DNA of 64,000 bases from Candidatus Omnitrophota bacterium (GTDB taxonomy: Bacteria > Omnitrophota > Omnitrophia > Omnitrophales > Aquincolibacteriaceae), in the NCBI GenBank assembly GCA_043732705.1, contig JAYTHE010000011.1:71605-135604 (forward strand). Direction: 5' to 3'. Position numbers and translations under genes: made by a program. Each line of letters begins with the position of its first letter. The stretch's first letter is position 1. A model generated the notes under the pieces. That model made no database searches. It had not been told where the DNA came from and was given only the letters and a program-made list of their open reading frames with translations. Of this stretch, positions 12,301 through 27,300 are shown in pieces.

Positions 12301-15300
12301 AATAATTTTTCCGTGATATTGCAGCCACCCCATAGTGAGCAGCTGGTAAAGAACCCCCAGCATTTCTTCATTTGCTAAATTGACTTCGTCGAGCAGAATT
12401 AAATCACCTTTTTTGTAAGCCGTAATAAAACGCCCTTCCATATAGCGCAACCCGATTTCATGATTCATTAAATAGGCGAGCGTCCGAATCTCATCAGCCT
12501 CTTTTTTTTGATTTTCGTCAAACTTTACAGCCCCTAACTGAGTCAGCATCTTCCCACGCTCGATTCGATTCTGAATACGTTGAATCAAACGGCTTCGAAT
12601 CGCGGCTTGTTGCTTCTGACGCATCTCATCGCCCGTCGCAGTTCCGATAATTCCCGCACGTTCCTCCTCCGTAAAAAAAGCAGACCAAAATTGACCTTCG
12701 TTGCCTGTGAGCATCCGGCTTAAAGCTTCTTCCAGGTCATTCCATTCGCCACGATCCAAAGCTTCTTCCAATCGCTCCACTGCCTCTTTCAAAGAAATTT
12801 GCATTTCATAAGGCTGGAAAGAACCAAACAAATCAAATTCGTCCGTGCGTTCGTTGATTTGAATGCGGGTATAGCCGGAACCAGTAATCTTGGCTGCCAG
12901 AGCCGCCAGCGTGCTTTTGCCTCCGGCAGTGTAGCCAAATTCAAGAATCGGATTAAAACCTTTTTCATCATCCAAATCCATCGCGAGCAGCAAATGCGCA
13001 AGATTTTTTCGCGTGGTTTGATTAAAAATAACATCTTGAGCAATGTCACCCGGCTCAAGCGGCTTCTTCAATTGAATACGCAGCAATTCCCACGGCGGCG
13101 ACTGTTCCGTGCTGTGAGCGATAACTTCTTTTCCCGGCAACCTCTCACCCGTATCTGTCGCATTTTCCCGTTGAAGATATTGTTTTATTTTTTCACGGCG
13201 TCTTTCGGTAATAATAATTTCGCGGCTGCCTGCCTCATAACCGGTAATATCATAAATGGAGTCCAATTCTTCTTTAGGATCAATGAGACGGTTCGCGACA
13301 AGCGCCATCCGAACACGGCTGCGGTCTTCGTCGCTGTTTAAGCGGTGAACATAACGACGGCGCAGAGCAAGCTCAAGCGCTTCGCGAATATCCCGTTTAC
13401 CGTCAAAATAACGGCGGGCGATTTTGAGAGTTTTCTTAAGATCGCGTAAACTGACATAATAAGCTTCATCGTTGACTTGCCCGATTTCGTGTTTTGTCAC
13501 CATCTGCTCAAACTCATAATGAAAATTAACGACACGCACGAAATAACTAAAACATTGCATGAGTTTATTAAAATCATCCAGCGTATTTCCGGCATGATCT
13601 TTGTAAAGATCAAAAAGTTCCTTTAATAATTCAGCCGTACCCGAACCCGCGGAGCGGCTGATTTTGGCGATCACTTCCAACATACGGTCATATTCCTGCT
13701 GATTTTCAGAAAGTCCGTATTTATCGCGCAAAGCACCGAATGGAATTTGATCAAAAGCTTCCTGTCCGACATATCCCAAAATCAACCCGATTTGCTTGAA
13801 GCGATCCACGCTTTGACCAATAATTCGCAAATACTTATCGCCGGTTTCTGTATCACGCCCTAATAATTTGCCGGTAACAACTCGCAAGTTCTCGCGGCTG
13901 GTGTTTGAAATTGCCGCAAGCGCTTCAAGCAAATCCAGTTCGGACGCCATCGGAAAATAATTTTCCTTAAGCACGCCTAGTCCATTCTGACAAATTCTTT
14001 TAACTTCACCGAAATCAAGCAACGGACCCAAATTATCTTCAGGATTAATGCGAGCCGTATTAAACGTGATCGTCATCATTTGGCGCAAATGCCGCATGTC
14101 TTTTTTGACCAGCGCTTGCATTTCAAGCTCATCCCCTTCTATTTCTTCACGCGCATTCAGCTTATAAAGCAAACTTTTCAATCCTAATGAAAAAACAGCC
14201 CCGATGATATTTGCGTCATAAGGACGAAGTTCCGGATCTTTCTTGCTAGCCTCATTTCCGGGAGTCACTGCGACATAATCACGTCCTGAATAATGCAGCC
14301 TGTATAACTGCGAAATTTCACGCATTACTTTCAAATCCTCAACTTCCCCCATGTCTTTGCGTGCTTGCTGATACCAATCTTCAAATATTTCCGGCCAATC
14401 CTGGCGCGCAATGACATGCTCAAGCACTTCGGTCAATTGTGGTTTTTTCGCTAAGAGATAATTTACGACAAAGTGATCCAGCTCAAAATCCGCCACTTTT
14501 CCCGATCGCCCATAAAAAGTTTTCCATTGAAATAGCGATTGCAGCCTTGCCGTAAATACCTTCAATTTTTCCGGAACAGATTCACTCAGCCGGTCTGTCG
14601 TACCGGAAAAAATTGCCGCATGCACGTAGTTGATACGCTCATTCACTTTGAGAGGATCTAATTCATCACTATTTTCATAATGAGAAATCAGTGACTCCGG
14701 CAAAGTCGACAAAACTAAGTAAGCACGGAGCTGCCGCATCCATTCATCCGGATGATCGATGCGTTGACGCGCTTCTGCTTCAATCGATGCCAACCGCGTG
14801 TGCATATTTTTTTCAGCTTCATCCCAATGATGCGTCATCCATTCGGGTAAGTCGCGGATAAAACCTGCCATTCCCGATTGTTCTGCTTCAGCACGAAACT
14901 GCGTAATAAAATTGCGAATTTCTTTTTTAATTTCACGGATTTCAGAGCGTGCTATTTTTTTCTTTAATGAGTTTACGGGCGCAGCGCCTTCCCCCATAAG
15001 CCACAAGGGATTGCCGTCTGGCGAACTATCCGCCGGACGGACACTCTTTCCGGTCACGCGTTGATTCCGGAACCGCCATGCTTTTAATTTGTTTTGAAAT
15101 TCACCGGGATTTTCCCAAAGCTGCAGAAATTCTTCGCGCGGAATTTCTTCCCAGTTTGCCGTATTGTTAAACTCCAAAAGAAAGGCTGCCAACTCGCGCA
15201 TCTTGTCAGGATGATTTTGCAATCCGTCCAAACTATCCACAAACCATTTAAAGTCTTCCTGAGTCACGATGTAACGACTATCAACCAAAGCTGATAAAAT

Positions 15301-18300
15301 CAGCATTGCGCTTAAAGCATTTGCACCGAAATGTGAAAAAAGTGAGTCGGGGCGCAGGTCCACAACATGATCCAAGGTTGTTGGGCTATCTCTCGGGCTC
15401 GCCGGCGGTAGGACTTGACGCATCAATGCGCGCGTTTCCTGGGGTGCTATTTTTAAACCGGCAAGCGGCAAACCCCAATCCGTACCATCAATATTCAAAA
15501 GCCGGTACTTTGTATCGCTTGTACCGTCGGCCGGGACTTTGGATTCCGATATTTGAAATTTTGTACCTGCCTGCTTGAGCGGATAATCTAAATCGTCTGC
15601 AATAACGTGGCCGTCGCCCAAATTCCGCACACTAAATTTCTTTGTTTGTTTATTTTCAATCCAAAGCCTGCCACCCATAGGATCAAAACTCGGCACAAAC
15701 GATTTTTCCCATTTTTCTAATTCAACACCGGAAGCAACATCCCGCATTTCAAAATGATCTATCTTTTCTAATAGAACCAATTTTTCATCCGGAGAAAATT
15801 GAACGCGCAATGAGTCATTCCCGGCAAAAGCAAGCGCTTGAGACACCCCTCGCAGCGGATAAACAAATTCAGTGCTATGTTTAAGCCCACCAACACTGCG
15901 CTGAACGATGCGATAAGTTCCTTTGGGTGAAAATCGAAAACTTTGAATTTGCATATATTGCTGCAGGCTTCTGGCTGACCGCACGTCATACAATTCAAAT
16001 AAGCCGCCCGAATGCAGGATGAGCGAGCGACTGTCAGGAGAAAAGGACGCATCCAGAACACCAGTCATATTGAAACGCCGCAATAATTTTTTAAGCCTCA
16101 AATCATATAAATTAGCCCGTTGAGTTCCGTCCAACTCAATCACAAGACAGTAGTTTTTATCCGGCGAAAAAACAACGCTTGAAAAAGCTTCGTTCGGATC
16201 GACAAATTCATCATTTTTATCGAGCGCAACTACCTGTTTGCCAATGTCGGTTAGTCCGGTCAAAGTAAAATATTTACCATCAGGAGAAAATGATCCGCCA
16301 AATTCATTGCCAATTTGCCATGCACCATTTTTGCTGCCCGAACCCTGACCGAATTCGTGCAAGCGTTTTCGATGCTCTAAATCCCAAATTTCCGCGGAAG
16401 ATGAATCCTGGATTGGCATAAATAATTTCTTGTCATCTGGAGAAAAAACCGCTGAATTCGGATCTGATCTTTTTCCTAAAGAGTAAAGCCAGCCCTTGTC
16501 AATCCAGCTGTCATCAAAATTGATTTGGCGCTGGCTTAATCTAAAGATCAGCACTTCTTTAACCATCTCATAAAACGAACGTAAGCGCCAATCGCCGGAT
16601 GCGCGCATTTCGGAACGCGCTGGCTTCTTTTCGTCCTCTAGCCACAAAGGATCACCGCCGGGCAAATCTTTGCCGGTCTTTTTCTTGTCATCATCCGCAG
16701 GTTGACGAGCATCGCGTTTTTCCCAATCCTGGAACCGTGCTTTAAAATTTCGCGGATGCTCCCAAAGACGAACAAAAGTCTCGCGAGGCACTTTTGACCA
16801 GGGCGCCAAACCTTCTAAATGCTCCATAAATTGCGCGAGCGCTTCCATTGCCGACGGGTCAGTATTCAGCTCATCTAAGCTTTGTATAAACCAATTCAAG
16901 TCCTGTTGCGTGAGAATATAATGAGCGTTAATCAATACACCCAAAATCTGCATGGCATTAACCGCATTCTTCTCAAAATGTCTAAAAAGCGATCCGGGCT
17001 TTAAATCCACAACAAAGTCCGATGTATTGGCCTCATGCCTTGGAGATTGCCAGGTTCGACGAATTAAGGCTACCGACTCATCACCAGCTATTTTGAGGTT
17101 GCGCAGAGAATGCGCGAGCATCAGTTTTTGATCATCATCTAAAAGCTGATAATCACCGTCCGTACTATCTCGAAACATTCTTCCACGGCTTGATTGAAAA
17201 TTTACTCCCTGTCTTTCGATGGGAAACTCCAGATTATCCGCAAGAATGACGCCGGTTTTCAAATCACGAACGCTAAATCGTTCTGCGTTTACATTTTTAA
17301 TAAAAAGTCGTCCCGCTACGGGGTCAAAACTCGGCTGCTGCGGGTATTGAAATGCTTCAATCAATACTCCTGTCTGAGCGTTTCTTAATTCAACAATATT
17401 TTTTTTCTTCAACAGCGCAAAAGCTTCATCGGATGAGAAATCAACATGCTCCGTGTCACGGTCAATCCAGGCGAGCGATTCCGTTCCTTTTATTGGATAA
17501 ACAGACTCCGTCGCTGGACCTCGCGACCGCGGTCTCTTAATAATGCGGTAAGTTCCGCGTGGTGAAAATCGGAAATTTTGAATCTGAGCATAATGCTGGA
17601 TCAAAGTGCCATGCACCGGCTCACGAACTTCCACTTCTTCGCCCGCTAATAAAGAAAAATAACGGCTATCAGAAGAAAAAGCCGCTTGTTCAATTCCGCG
17701 CAAATTAAAAGTGCGCGGCGCTTCCTTGGAATCCAAATGGTACAGAGTTGCCTGCTTCCAATCTTCTCCGACCGTCAGACAAAACCTACCGTCCGGAGAG
17801 AACACAACCTGGGAAAACCATTGAGTTTCAAGAACAAAACCATCTGCGGGATTAAGCGCAAAAATGCGTTTGATGCCGTTCCGTTCACCTTCGATTAAAT
17901 ATTTTTCGTTTGTAGAAAAGTGAAGGTTGTAGACAAAGGCGTTGGACGTAAAATCAGCCATACTTCCTGCTTGAACTCTTTTTAACCGGCGCAAAAGCTG
18001 TAGTGTTTTTAAATCCCAAATTTCCATCCAAGCCCCGATCGCAGCGCAAAACTTACTCCCATCACGCGAAAAATCAGAGAAACTAAAGTCGAGTTCGGGG
18101 CGCGTCCGCCAGTCGAATTCATTTTTTCGGCCTTGGATTTCTTTGTTTTTTCGATCCTCGATCAAAGTAAAGGTTTTAATTTCTCGGACCAAATCCAAAA
18201 ATGTGCGTGTTTTCCAATCACCGGCGGTACGGACTTCTGAACGCTTTGAAGCCTCAGCCACACCCTGCAGCCAAAGTCCCGCATCACCCTTGCTTGCGTC

Positions 18301-21300
18301 CGGCGGCATTAATTTTTCAGCGCGGCCTGCCTCACCCTGTTCGCGCGACATACGCTCAAGTGTTGCCATTGCCAAAGCAGCGGCATCATCATGACGCTTC
18401 AAAATATCAAAAATGACCGTGCGTCCTTTTTCCAAATTAAATTTTGAATTTCGAATGATTTTTTCAATACCTAACGCGGCAAGAGGAAGTATTTTCGCCG
18501 GAATTTTTTTAAGCAATTGCGTTACCAAGCTATAATCAGCGCTGTCTCGAATCACGCCCGCGTCAAACAATGAAGCAAGTAAATGCATGACATAGGGCGC
18601 GTCATCTTTGAGGCGACGCTGGATCTTGCTTATTTCGGGATTAAGGTTCTTCCAATTCCAAAGCTTGAATTGATAATGATAATCATCTTCATCCACCCAT
18701 GTTATTAATCGACCTGCATATTCACCCCACCGAGCATGAAAATCTTTCGCCTGATCACCGTCATAAGGAATTCCTAAATAAAAAATAATTTCTCCGGTTT
18801 GTGAGTCAAATAAATAGCGACTATTTTCTTCATCTTCCGCATCAGATGTCGTGACAACTGCGCCGTCTGGAGAGAACTCAAAATTACTATTCCCCCTCTT
18901 GCTCTTTAATTTGGCAATGGGCGCTAAAGTTACATTATCAAAGACAGTCGCGCGGCCATCGGGAGTGAGCGCTGCAAACCGCTCACCGGTTTCAGAATAT
19001 TCGGGGCGGCTTACCGGTTCGGACAATTGACGAATTGTCCGGCTTCGAAGATCAAAAACACTTTTAAACTGTTCGGCGCTTGGGGCATGATTTTTTGATC
19101 CTTGAAACCAAAGCCAACGGTTTTGCGGGTCTTGTTGAATCGTAATAGAAATGTCCGTCATCAACGGAAACTCCTCACCACTTCTTAAATCGAGCACAGA
19201 CAAGTGCTGTTCCCCCTTCGGATCCTGTTCACCATCAGTCCGCAAAACAAGAAAACTCCCTAGAAAGAAAATATAGTTATATGCCTTAAAATGACGCGGC
19301 AAGGCTCGCGAAGTAAAATGTTTGGTTTCATAAACATCATTGTTCAGTAAAATCCATTGGCCGTCATCGGAGACACCACTTTTATCGATAACCTCCGGTT
19401 GCTTTCCAAAACCATGCAACTTCTCTCCGGTGGAAAGATTCATCCAAAACAGATGGTTTTCCACATCCAATACTAAAGCAAGATCATCCTCTTTTCGGCC
19501 GGCCGGAAAAAGAACAGCTTCTACCGGTCCCGGCAAAAACACCGGTGGCTTTCCGGTTTTAAACTCAATTAATCCGCGTTTAGCACCAGATGATTTAAAA
19601 TAAAAATACTTTTCACCAGGAGAAACCCAAGCAACTTCAGCAATGCCTGTATGAATGGCCTGTTCCGCCCCGCTAACCAAATCATAGTTTCGAAATGCCC
19701 TTCCACTTAAAAGCAGTAGTTTTTCATTTGTGGCCCGGACCATTTTCCCGGGGACGCGTCGCGCTTGAACGGCGCCCGTTAAATCCATCACCAGCGTCCA
19801 GCTCGAATTGCTCAAAATCCACCACCGGCCGTCTTTTGAAAAATAACTTTCCTGAGCTCCGGGCAATAATTTTTCAGGACTGCTCCAATCTTGAAGCGCT
19901 TTTTTAAACGCTTCATAATCTTTAGTGCTGATCTTTCGTGATTCTGATCTTCGCTTTACCAAGACAACAGCAGCAGACCCGCCCCCTAAAACACCCGTCA
20001 GCCAAAGCTCGTTGGTGCCCGGTTTCGGCAAACCCAAATCGATCTCTTTACCGGATCGCTTACGCTCGATCCGGCTTAAATACAGCTGCATCTGAGTTAA
20101 AAACGAATCAGGCGAGCCCGATCTTAAAATACTCGCAACCATATTCTTGGCGTCGGCTTCTTCGTGCTGAAACAAAATCGCTTCAAGAGCGATAGAAATT
20201 CCCTTTAAATCTTCACATGGTATTTGCTGTAGATGATTTAAATAAAACTGCCAATCCGCCTTTGTTTCGAGTAAATGCAACTGATTCAGCCATGCCAAAA
20301 TATTTAAAATAAAAATACCGTCGAATTTCCAACGGTTAAATATTTTGCGCGACAGCATGTCCGTGATTTTTATCGGCAACCATTTGGCAAAATGGTGCCC
20401 CATTAAATTGACCAGCATAGTATCGCCTGGAGCGGACGGCGGATGAGTTAAATCGATTTGGCGGTACGGCTGCAATATTTTTCCGGTCACTGCATCCATT
20501 ATCATCTGTTGGCCGCCTTGTGTAATATTCCTCATGTCATAAATCCGGACATACAAATATTCGCCTTGGCGTGAAAAATAAAAAGTTGTGCGGCCCGGAA
20601 TGCGACGAATGAGCCGTCGCGTTGAGGTCTCATGCAATTCAAAAGTATCCATACCCTTTCGCTCCGCATAAGTTTTTCCGTCAGAACTAAACGCAAGCAT
20701 TCTCACATGATTTGAATTTTTATGACCGCTCAATTCCCCTAAATAATGACTTGCATCCATGCCCGTCTGAATTAAATTGAAATATTCATCGGGGTCATTC
20801 AGAAATTTTTCATGCGACCCCCACTTGTCATCCCATTCCCGAATAATTTTTTTAGACGGCCACTCCCAAAGCATGTGATGTCCGTTGTCATCACGAGTAT
20901 GGACTTGACCCAATCGATCAGACACAAGCACCAGCTTGTCTTCAAACTCTTTAACAGATTCGCCCGTGCGCATATCATAAGCACGAAAATGAAAATCGTT
21001 TTCGCTTCTAAATTGATTGTTCATGGGATACGTCATGACCAATCCGGTACTCCCATAAAGCGCCGCCAAATCATTTGCCGCCAGATTAAGATGCGACTCC
21101 TCTTGTAAAATAAATTCTAAGCCTGACCTCGCAATTCTCTCAAACATCATCCCCTTAATTCTGTCGCGCCTGCTGGCGCTTTCCCGTACAACCACTCTTT
21201 CTTTCCCCAAAAACTCAATCGCAGCATAAATATCAACATCGGGCTGAACGACTATATTTTCGTGGGTTTGATAATTACGCAAAACATGCTGCTCAGCTTT

Positions 21301-24300
21301 TTCATCATGCAGAATGATGAGCGGGAATTCGGAATGAAATCGATGAAATATTGTTGAAGTCGGGAATGGAAAAGTATCGACCACCGCACCTGTCGCCAAA
21401 TCAAGCAACCCTTCAGCTGGTTCATAGCTTCCGAAAGTCAAATTGTTGTAAAACACCATGCCGTTTCCAACTGAATAAAACTGCTTGTCGCGCGGGAAAT
21501 AATCAAGCGGAATCAACCGCTCACCTTCAACCCGAAAGACAAGCTCGAATCCGTCGCCGTTTCCACGTTCATGCTTCGAAGCTAATAAATATTTTCCGCC
21601 TTCAATTAATTGCGCCGCCCGAAACCTCTCTTTGGCCGGCCAATGAAAGCGTTCAAGCTCAGTTTTCATCCCCGCCACGTCTTTTTTGCTCACGCGAATG
21701 GGGCGCATTTCGGAGCGGACAACAACGCCACCTTGCCCGTGCTCTGTCCCAGCCAACCACAACGCGGGTGAATTTCCGGTTGGATCCGAAGGCTTAGCGA
21801 GATCAGGAATATGGGGTGCCGCAACCTGCCTCTGAAAACGATCACGTAGCGCCTCCATCAATTTTCCACACTGCGCGTTATTTAAAGCATGCTGAATCGA
21901 AGGCAAATCTTGGTTGCGACGAAATCGTTGCGACCGTAAAACTTGCTCCATAGCTACGGAAGCCAATTCAATTTGAGCTCGACCCGCTCCAGACCACAAC
22001 TTTAAGAGCCGATTCATTTCATCGGCCGATGCGATCCAGCCCCATTGATAAGCTCGCGCAAGCAAATTCAAAACATACGGATAAGCCAGGCCAAAATCTT
22101 TTTTTAAATTTTGCAGCGCGTCATCATTTCCAAACGGGATCAATCGACTGGGATGATGATTGGCCAAATATTGAGGCGCATACAATTCCCTTTGTTCAAA
22201 GACATTGTTAGATTGAAAAATTCCAACTTCGGGAACCTTCAAAACCACTTTGCCGGTTTCGCATTCAACAAGAAAATGATTAAAGCCAGCCTTGGGTTTA
22301 ACATAAGCATATTTTTCGTCACGCGAAAATTCGGCAATAAAATACACTTGGCCGGGCACCCGTGGCAAATTAAAGCGTGAGATAACTTTAAACGATAGCG
22401 GATCAATAAATGCCAACTGTTCACGCCGCTTATCTCTTGAAATTCCCAGGGATGCAAGTAGCCACTTCCCTTTTGGACTTATACGAATCGATGAATCATC
22501 GTAACTTAGTAACCTTCGTCCTGTCCAATCTTGCCGGTGCAAGTCCCACTGATGCCACTCTCCATAAGCGGATTCCCCGGAAGGCTGGCTTCTAAAGGGC
22601 CACTTATAAAAATATGCCATTCTCCCCGACGGGTCAAATTTAACATCAACAAAACCCTCGAACCTTTTGAAATCCACACTTTTTTTACCTGTTTTAAGAT
22701 CAAAAAGAATAATCGATCGTGACAAATAAAGTGACAGCCATTGGCCGGAAGAATCAATAAAATTGGATATATGATCTGGCATGGAAAGCGGTTTAAATGT
22801 ATCTAGATCATAAATCTTTTTCCCTGTCACCAACCTATGAGTCAAATTAGAAACACGGACAGTCCCTATCCCTGCATTATCCGAACTAAAATTGCGAATC
22901 AACGTACCTTTTGAACTTATGAGGTCAAATCTCTGCGACCATTGAACGATAAATCGTCCATCGTCCAAATGGGTAGCATCAAGGGGATGATCCCCGCTCG
23001 GCACCTGATAAGAAAAAATTAATTCCGTTTTTTGCAGGTCAAAAATATAAAGTTTTTTTCGACCGACGGCATATAGATATCTTGCCGAATTTGCTTGACG
23101 TAACGAAACCAAACTCCTCTCACCGGTTAGCTTTAATAAATTTGTTTCAACACCGGTACTTAAATCATAAAGCAGTGGGGTCTTTCCAATAGACTGAGGT
23201 GAGTCTGAATCCGTAATTAAGACCTGGTTAAGGTCTGTAAAGTGAATATGCAGCTTGCCTGAGAGCCAATGCTTGACCGCTTTACCGGTTGCGAGATTCA
23301 CCAACCAGGTGGATTGCGGATTTGCACCCTGAATCTGATTAGAAACAAGCATCCACTTGCCATCTTTTGAAAATTCAGCACCTTGCGGGTTTGATGTATA
23401 TTTTTCTAAAGCTAAATATTCATGCAGCACGGGCTTGAGCGCTTCGAATTGCGCCGCGCTTATTTGTCTTAATTCGGAGCGCTGCTCTGCAAGAGCATGC
23501 TCCGTGAGCCAAAGCTCTTGATCAGTCGCGACATCACCAGGATTTTTCGGTCTTGAATTCTCCCCTCTTAGGCGAGTCGCGCGCGCGGCTAAATGCTCTA
23601 AAATCGTACCTAGTTTACCTTCACCCGGGTTTCTTAAAAAATTCTCAATCGAAGCACGCACTTCGAGGGACTTAAAATTAATAGCATTGCTGCGTTGAAT
23701 GAATGCGTCCCAAATATCTTTGAACGCTGCATTCGATTTGATATGCCCAAACGCCTGAAAATAGAGGGCAAATGTAGACTCATCGTAAATCAATCCCAAT
23801 TCATCAAACAAAGCCAGCAAAAAAAGTTTCGAAAGCCATGCTTCCCCACCCAACTCTTGCTTAAGTTGAGAGTCGTCTTGATGCATTTGTTTTGAGTAAA
23901 GCAGCATCGCCTCATATTGAGGATCGCTATTGGGTGAGCCCACCGGATTAACCAAATAAATAAGCGGCCAATCGTCCATCGCTAGGAATGACCGCACATG
24001 AAATCCGTCAGGAAGTGCGATCACTTCATGTGATTTCTTTTCAGCGTGAATCACATGCAGATTAGGCCCTGATTCTAAAATACAAAGGTTAGGGCCGCGG
24101 GCATCGAAAAATTTGTCTCCGCCCCTACCATAATCCCCGCCTTTTAAATTATCCTGATAAATAATTCGAGGCTCACGGGAAGCAGCATCCCAGCTAAAAA
24201 CTTTTACTTCTGCAAAAGGCGCTAAGGCGGAATGATAATTTTTATAAAAAATTGAAAAATTTCCGGCATCTTGAAAAATAAAACCCGAAGGAGTTTCAAT

Positions 24301-27300
24301 GACTTTACCTGTGTTGGGCTCGTAAAAGCTTTGTCGACTGGTTTTACTTTGTAAAAAAACCCAGCCCGGAAACGGTGTCGATTTAATCTTGTCAATATCG
24401 CTTAACGCAGCGGTATGAGCCGGCTGTTCAAGTGGTAAATAATGACCATTACGATATCTATAAAGAATCGTTTCCTGGTCCTTTCCATCCTGTGGATTCA
24501 CATAGGTTACTCGAGCTAATTGCCCCTCAAAAAAATCAACCGTCAACGGAGACCATTTTGGATGGGGCGCAATAAAATCCGGATGCGGCCTGCGGCTTTC
24601 ATAATCCATGATCCAGGAAGGTAAATATCCAGATCTCCTGTGATAAGCTTTAGGGATAGGACTAATGAAAACAACTTTGCCGTCCGGAGAAATGCGAACG
24701 CTCATCTGGGTGGCATTCACCGGTACTGGAATTTTTTCACCGGCTTTCAGACGATCGCCAGCCTTCTCGATTACCACAATACTGTCCGGCTCAATATTCC
24801 TGACCATCCCCGGCTCGTCAGGGTTATCATCCTTGCCACTGCCTGGCCGCTCTAAAAAAATCCCATTTTGTATAAATCGAACACTCGTCACATTTTTATA
24901 TTCGTTCAGCTGATGCCAGTCCTGAGTATCTAAAACTTCCATGCGAAGATCCTTATGTATCACACAGGCCAACCGTCCATCCCATGAAAGATCAATGTGC
25001 TTCACATCCGAAAGCGGCCACTCTTTTACTATTTTTTCTGTCTTTAAATCAAACGCAATATATCTTTTTTCATATTCGAGAATTAAAGCGCGATTGGCCT
25101 GAGGCCGCAGCTCAATATGATTCTCATTTTCTCCGTAAATAACACGTCGAGTGGGCCAATGAACCAGCCGGTTTTGCCTTTGACTACGGTGGAACACGAG
25201 CCAATCGCCCCCAGAACCATAAGGAACTCCCCATAGACGCGGCAAATTAAAATCATGCGTGAGAAAAGTCTTTTTAAAATCTGCGTAGCGCATTTCCGAT
25301 CGCTGGTCACTAGACGTTAACCAAATCGAATCGGGAGTCGTCGGACTTGCCCCGGAATCAGGCGCGGAAGCTTCTCCGGGCTTACGTTCCCAACGCTGCC
25401 TCAAAAGCTTAGCCATTTGTGCGGGATTCTCTGCATTCAAAAAATGTAAAATGACATCGCGATGCTTTTCCGCTGCAAATTGCGGATGCTTTAAAAGATC
25501 AGTGAGTTTAGAAAGAAGGATTAGAAATTGATCTGGCTGGACTCTTTGAAGTAGGCTTAAAACCAGCTCATCATCCTGTTCGCCCCTGATAACTTTTGAA
25601 TTTAAAAGCAGAAGTAATATTTGTAGAGCATACGGCGATGAATCTTTAAATTGTTTCAATGTGTTCAAAAACGAAAAGCTCTTACCGCCACCCGACAACT
25701 CAAAGTAGCGCACCAATCTTTCGATACACAGGCCCAAAATGTTATAAGTACTGGGGTTGAGATCCTGAAGTAATTTCAATGCCGCGTCATAATCGGCGCT
25801 TGTTTGGATCACTCCACCAATCATCAACCATGACAAGATATGCATGACATAGGGCGCGATATCGTGAAACCGGCTTTGCAAATAATCAATTTCTGAATTT
25901 CTATTTTTCCAATTCCACAACTTCTCGTTACCGCGAATTTTGCCGCGGAAGTCGGGATCATGCAGCGGCAGGGAGACCATAAAATCGCCGTTCGTAGGGT
26001 GCATCGAAAATGAATGGGGTCGATATCCTAAATAATAAATGACCTTTCCCGTCTTAGCGTCAAGCAAGCGCCGATTCCCATCTTTTTCGACTAGCGCGAT
26101 GCCGTCATTGATTGAAAATCCTTGCTCAGTGTCATAAGGGCCATCTTCCAATTGAGCGACAGGCTTTAGGTCGGTATTATCATAAATAAAGCTTCGCCCA
26201 TCAGAATAGGTCGCCATGAAATACTCCTCGTCATATTCAGCAAAACTCATCTCCTGTGGAAACGTCTTAACTTCCTTCTTATTCAAATCAAATACAGTTG
26301 AAAATGTTTTACCTTCACCTGCCCTAAACCAAAGACGGTAATTCCCAAATTGAACGTTTATCGCAGAGGGCGTGGTCAAAAGACTATATTTCTTTCCATC
26401 GGTTAAATCGGTTGCTGACAAACGAACCTGTCGTCCCGCATTTGTTCGAGTTGAATGCTGCCGGATTAAAAAATCGCCCTGAAGCACCTGATAATCATCA
26501 CCCCGTGGGGCTGACTTAAAAGTAAAATGCTTCGTTTCGTAAATTTTTCCGGCATAGATAATCCATTTACCATTACCTGAAAGATTTGGAGTCAGTTTTG
26601 GATCGATATCATTTACATCCAAACGCGGATTAATATCAAAGCTATGTAAAATTCTTCCGGTTGGAACATGCACCCAGTGCCATTGCTTTTTATCATCCAA
26701 GACCAATGCATACTGATCCCCCTCAGCATGGGTAAAATGGATTTCCTTAATTGATATTTTCTCTAAAATCTGATGCCCTGTATCAAAATCAAACAGCTTT
26801 AATAACTTCTCTGAGTTAGTGATAAAATACTTTCTATCCGAAGACAGACGAAACAAATCATCATCATGCTCACTTTTTCTTTCGACAACGCTTTCAGGAA
26901 TAAGATTTTCAGAGCCCGTTTCAAAATCGAATATCCCATACTGCCCGTCTCGGCTAAAAACTAACTTTGTTTTTGAATGATCCCTAATTGCCCCTTTAAA
27001 TATTCTATCTTTGACGCGATTCGTTAAATCTACCTGCTTGATCACGTCTCCGTCGCCGTAAACAAACCATCGTCCGTTTTCCGTATAAAACCCGCGCGTC
27101 TTCTTAATTTCCGAGCCGGCTTTATCATGATTATCCCAGCGCAGCAACGCCGTTTTGAATTGCTCGAAATTTTCAGCATTCAAACTTCGCAATTCAGAAC
27201 GTCTTGGGTTTTTCTTGGCAAACCAAATGTGGTCGTCTGTACGGGGGTCACGACCACCCCTCGACTCGGGAACCGCAGGCATTCTTTTGAAGCGAGCATG

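Noticed and set aside
12799-13341. Plus-strand ORF of 180 aa (the track also has 3454-3732+, 8224-8547+, 21351-21797+, 40158-40778+ and 60857-61597+, each 90-250 aa).
   Set aside because: All lie antisense inside the giant minus-strand genes. Their translations are low-complexity (Arg/Phe/Ile-rich) with no motifs. They are typical antisense-frame artefacts.
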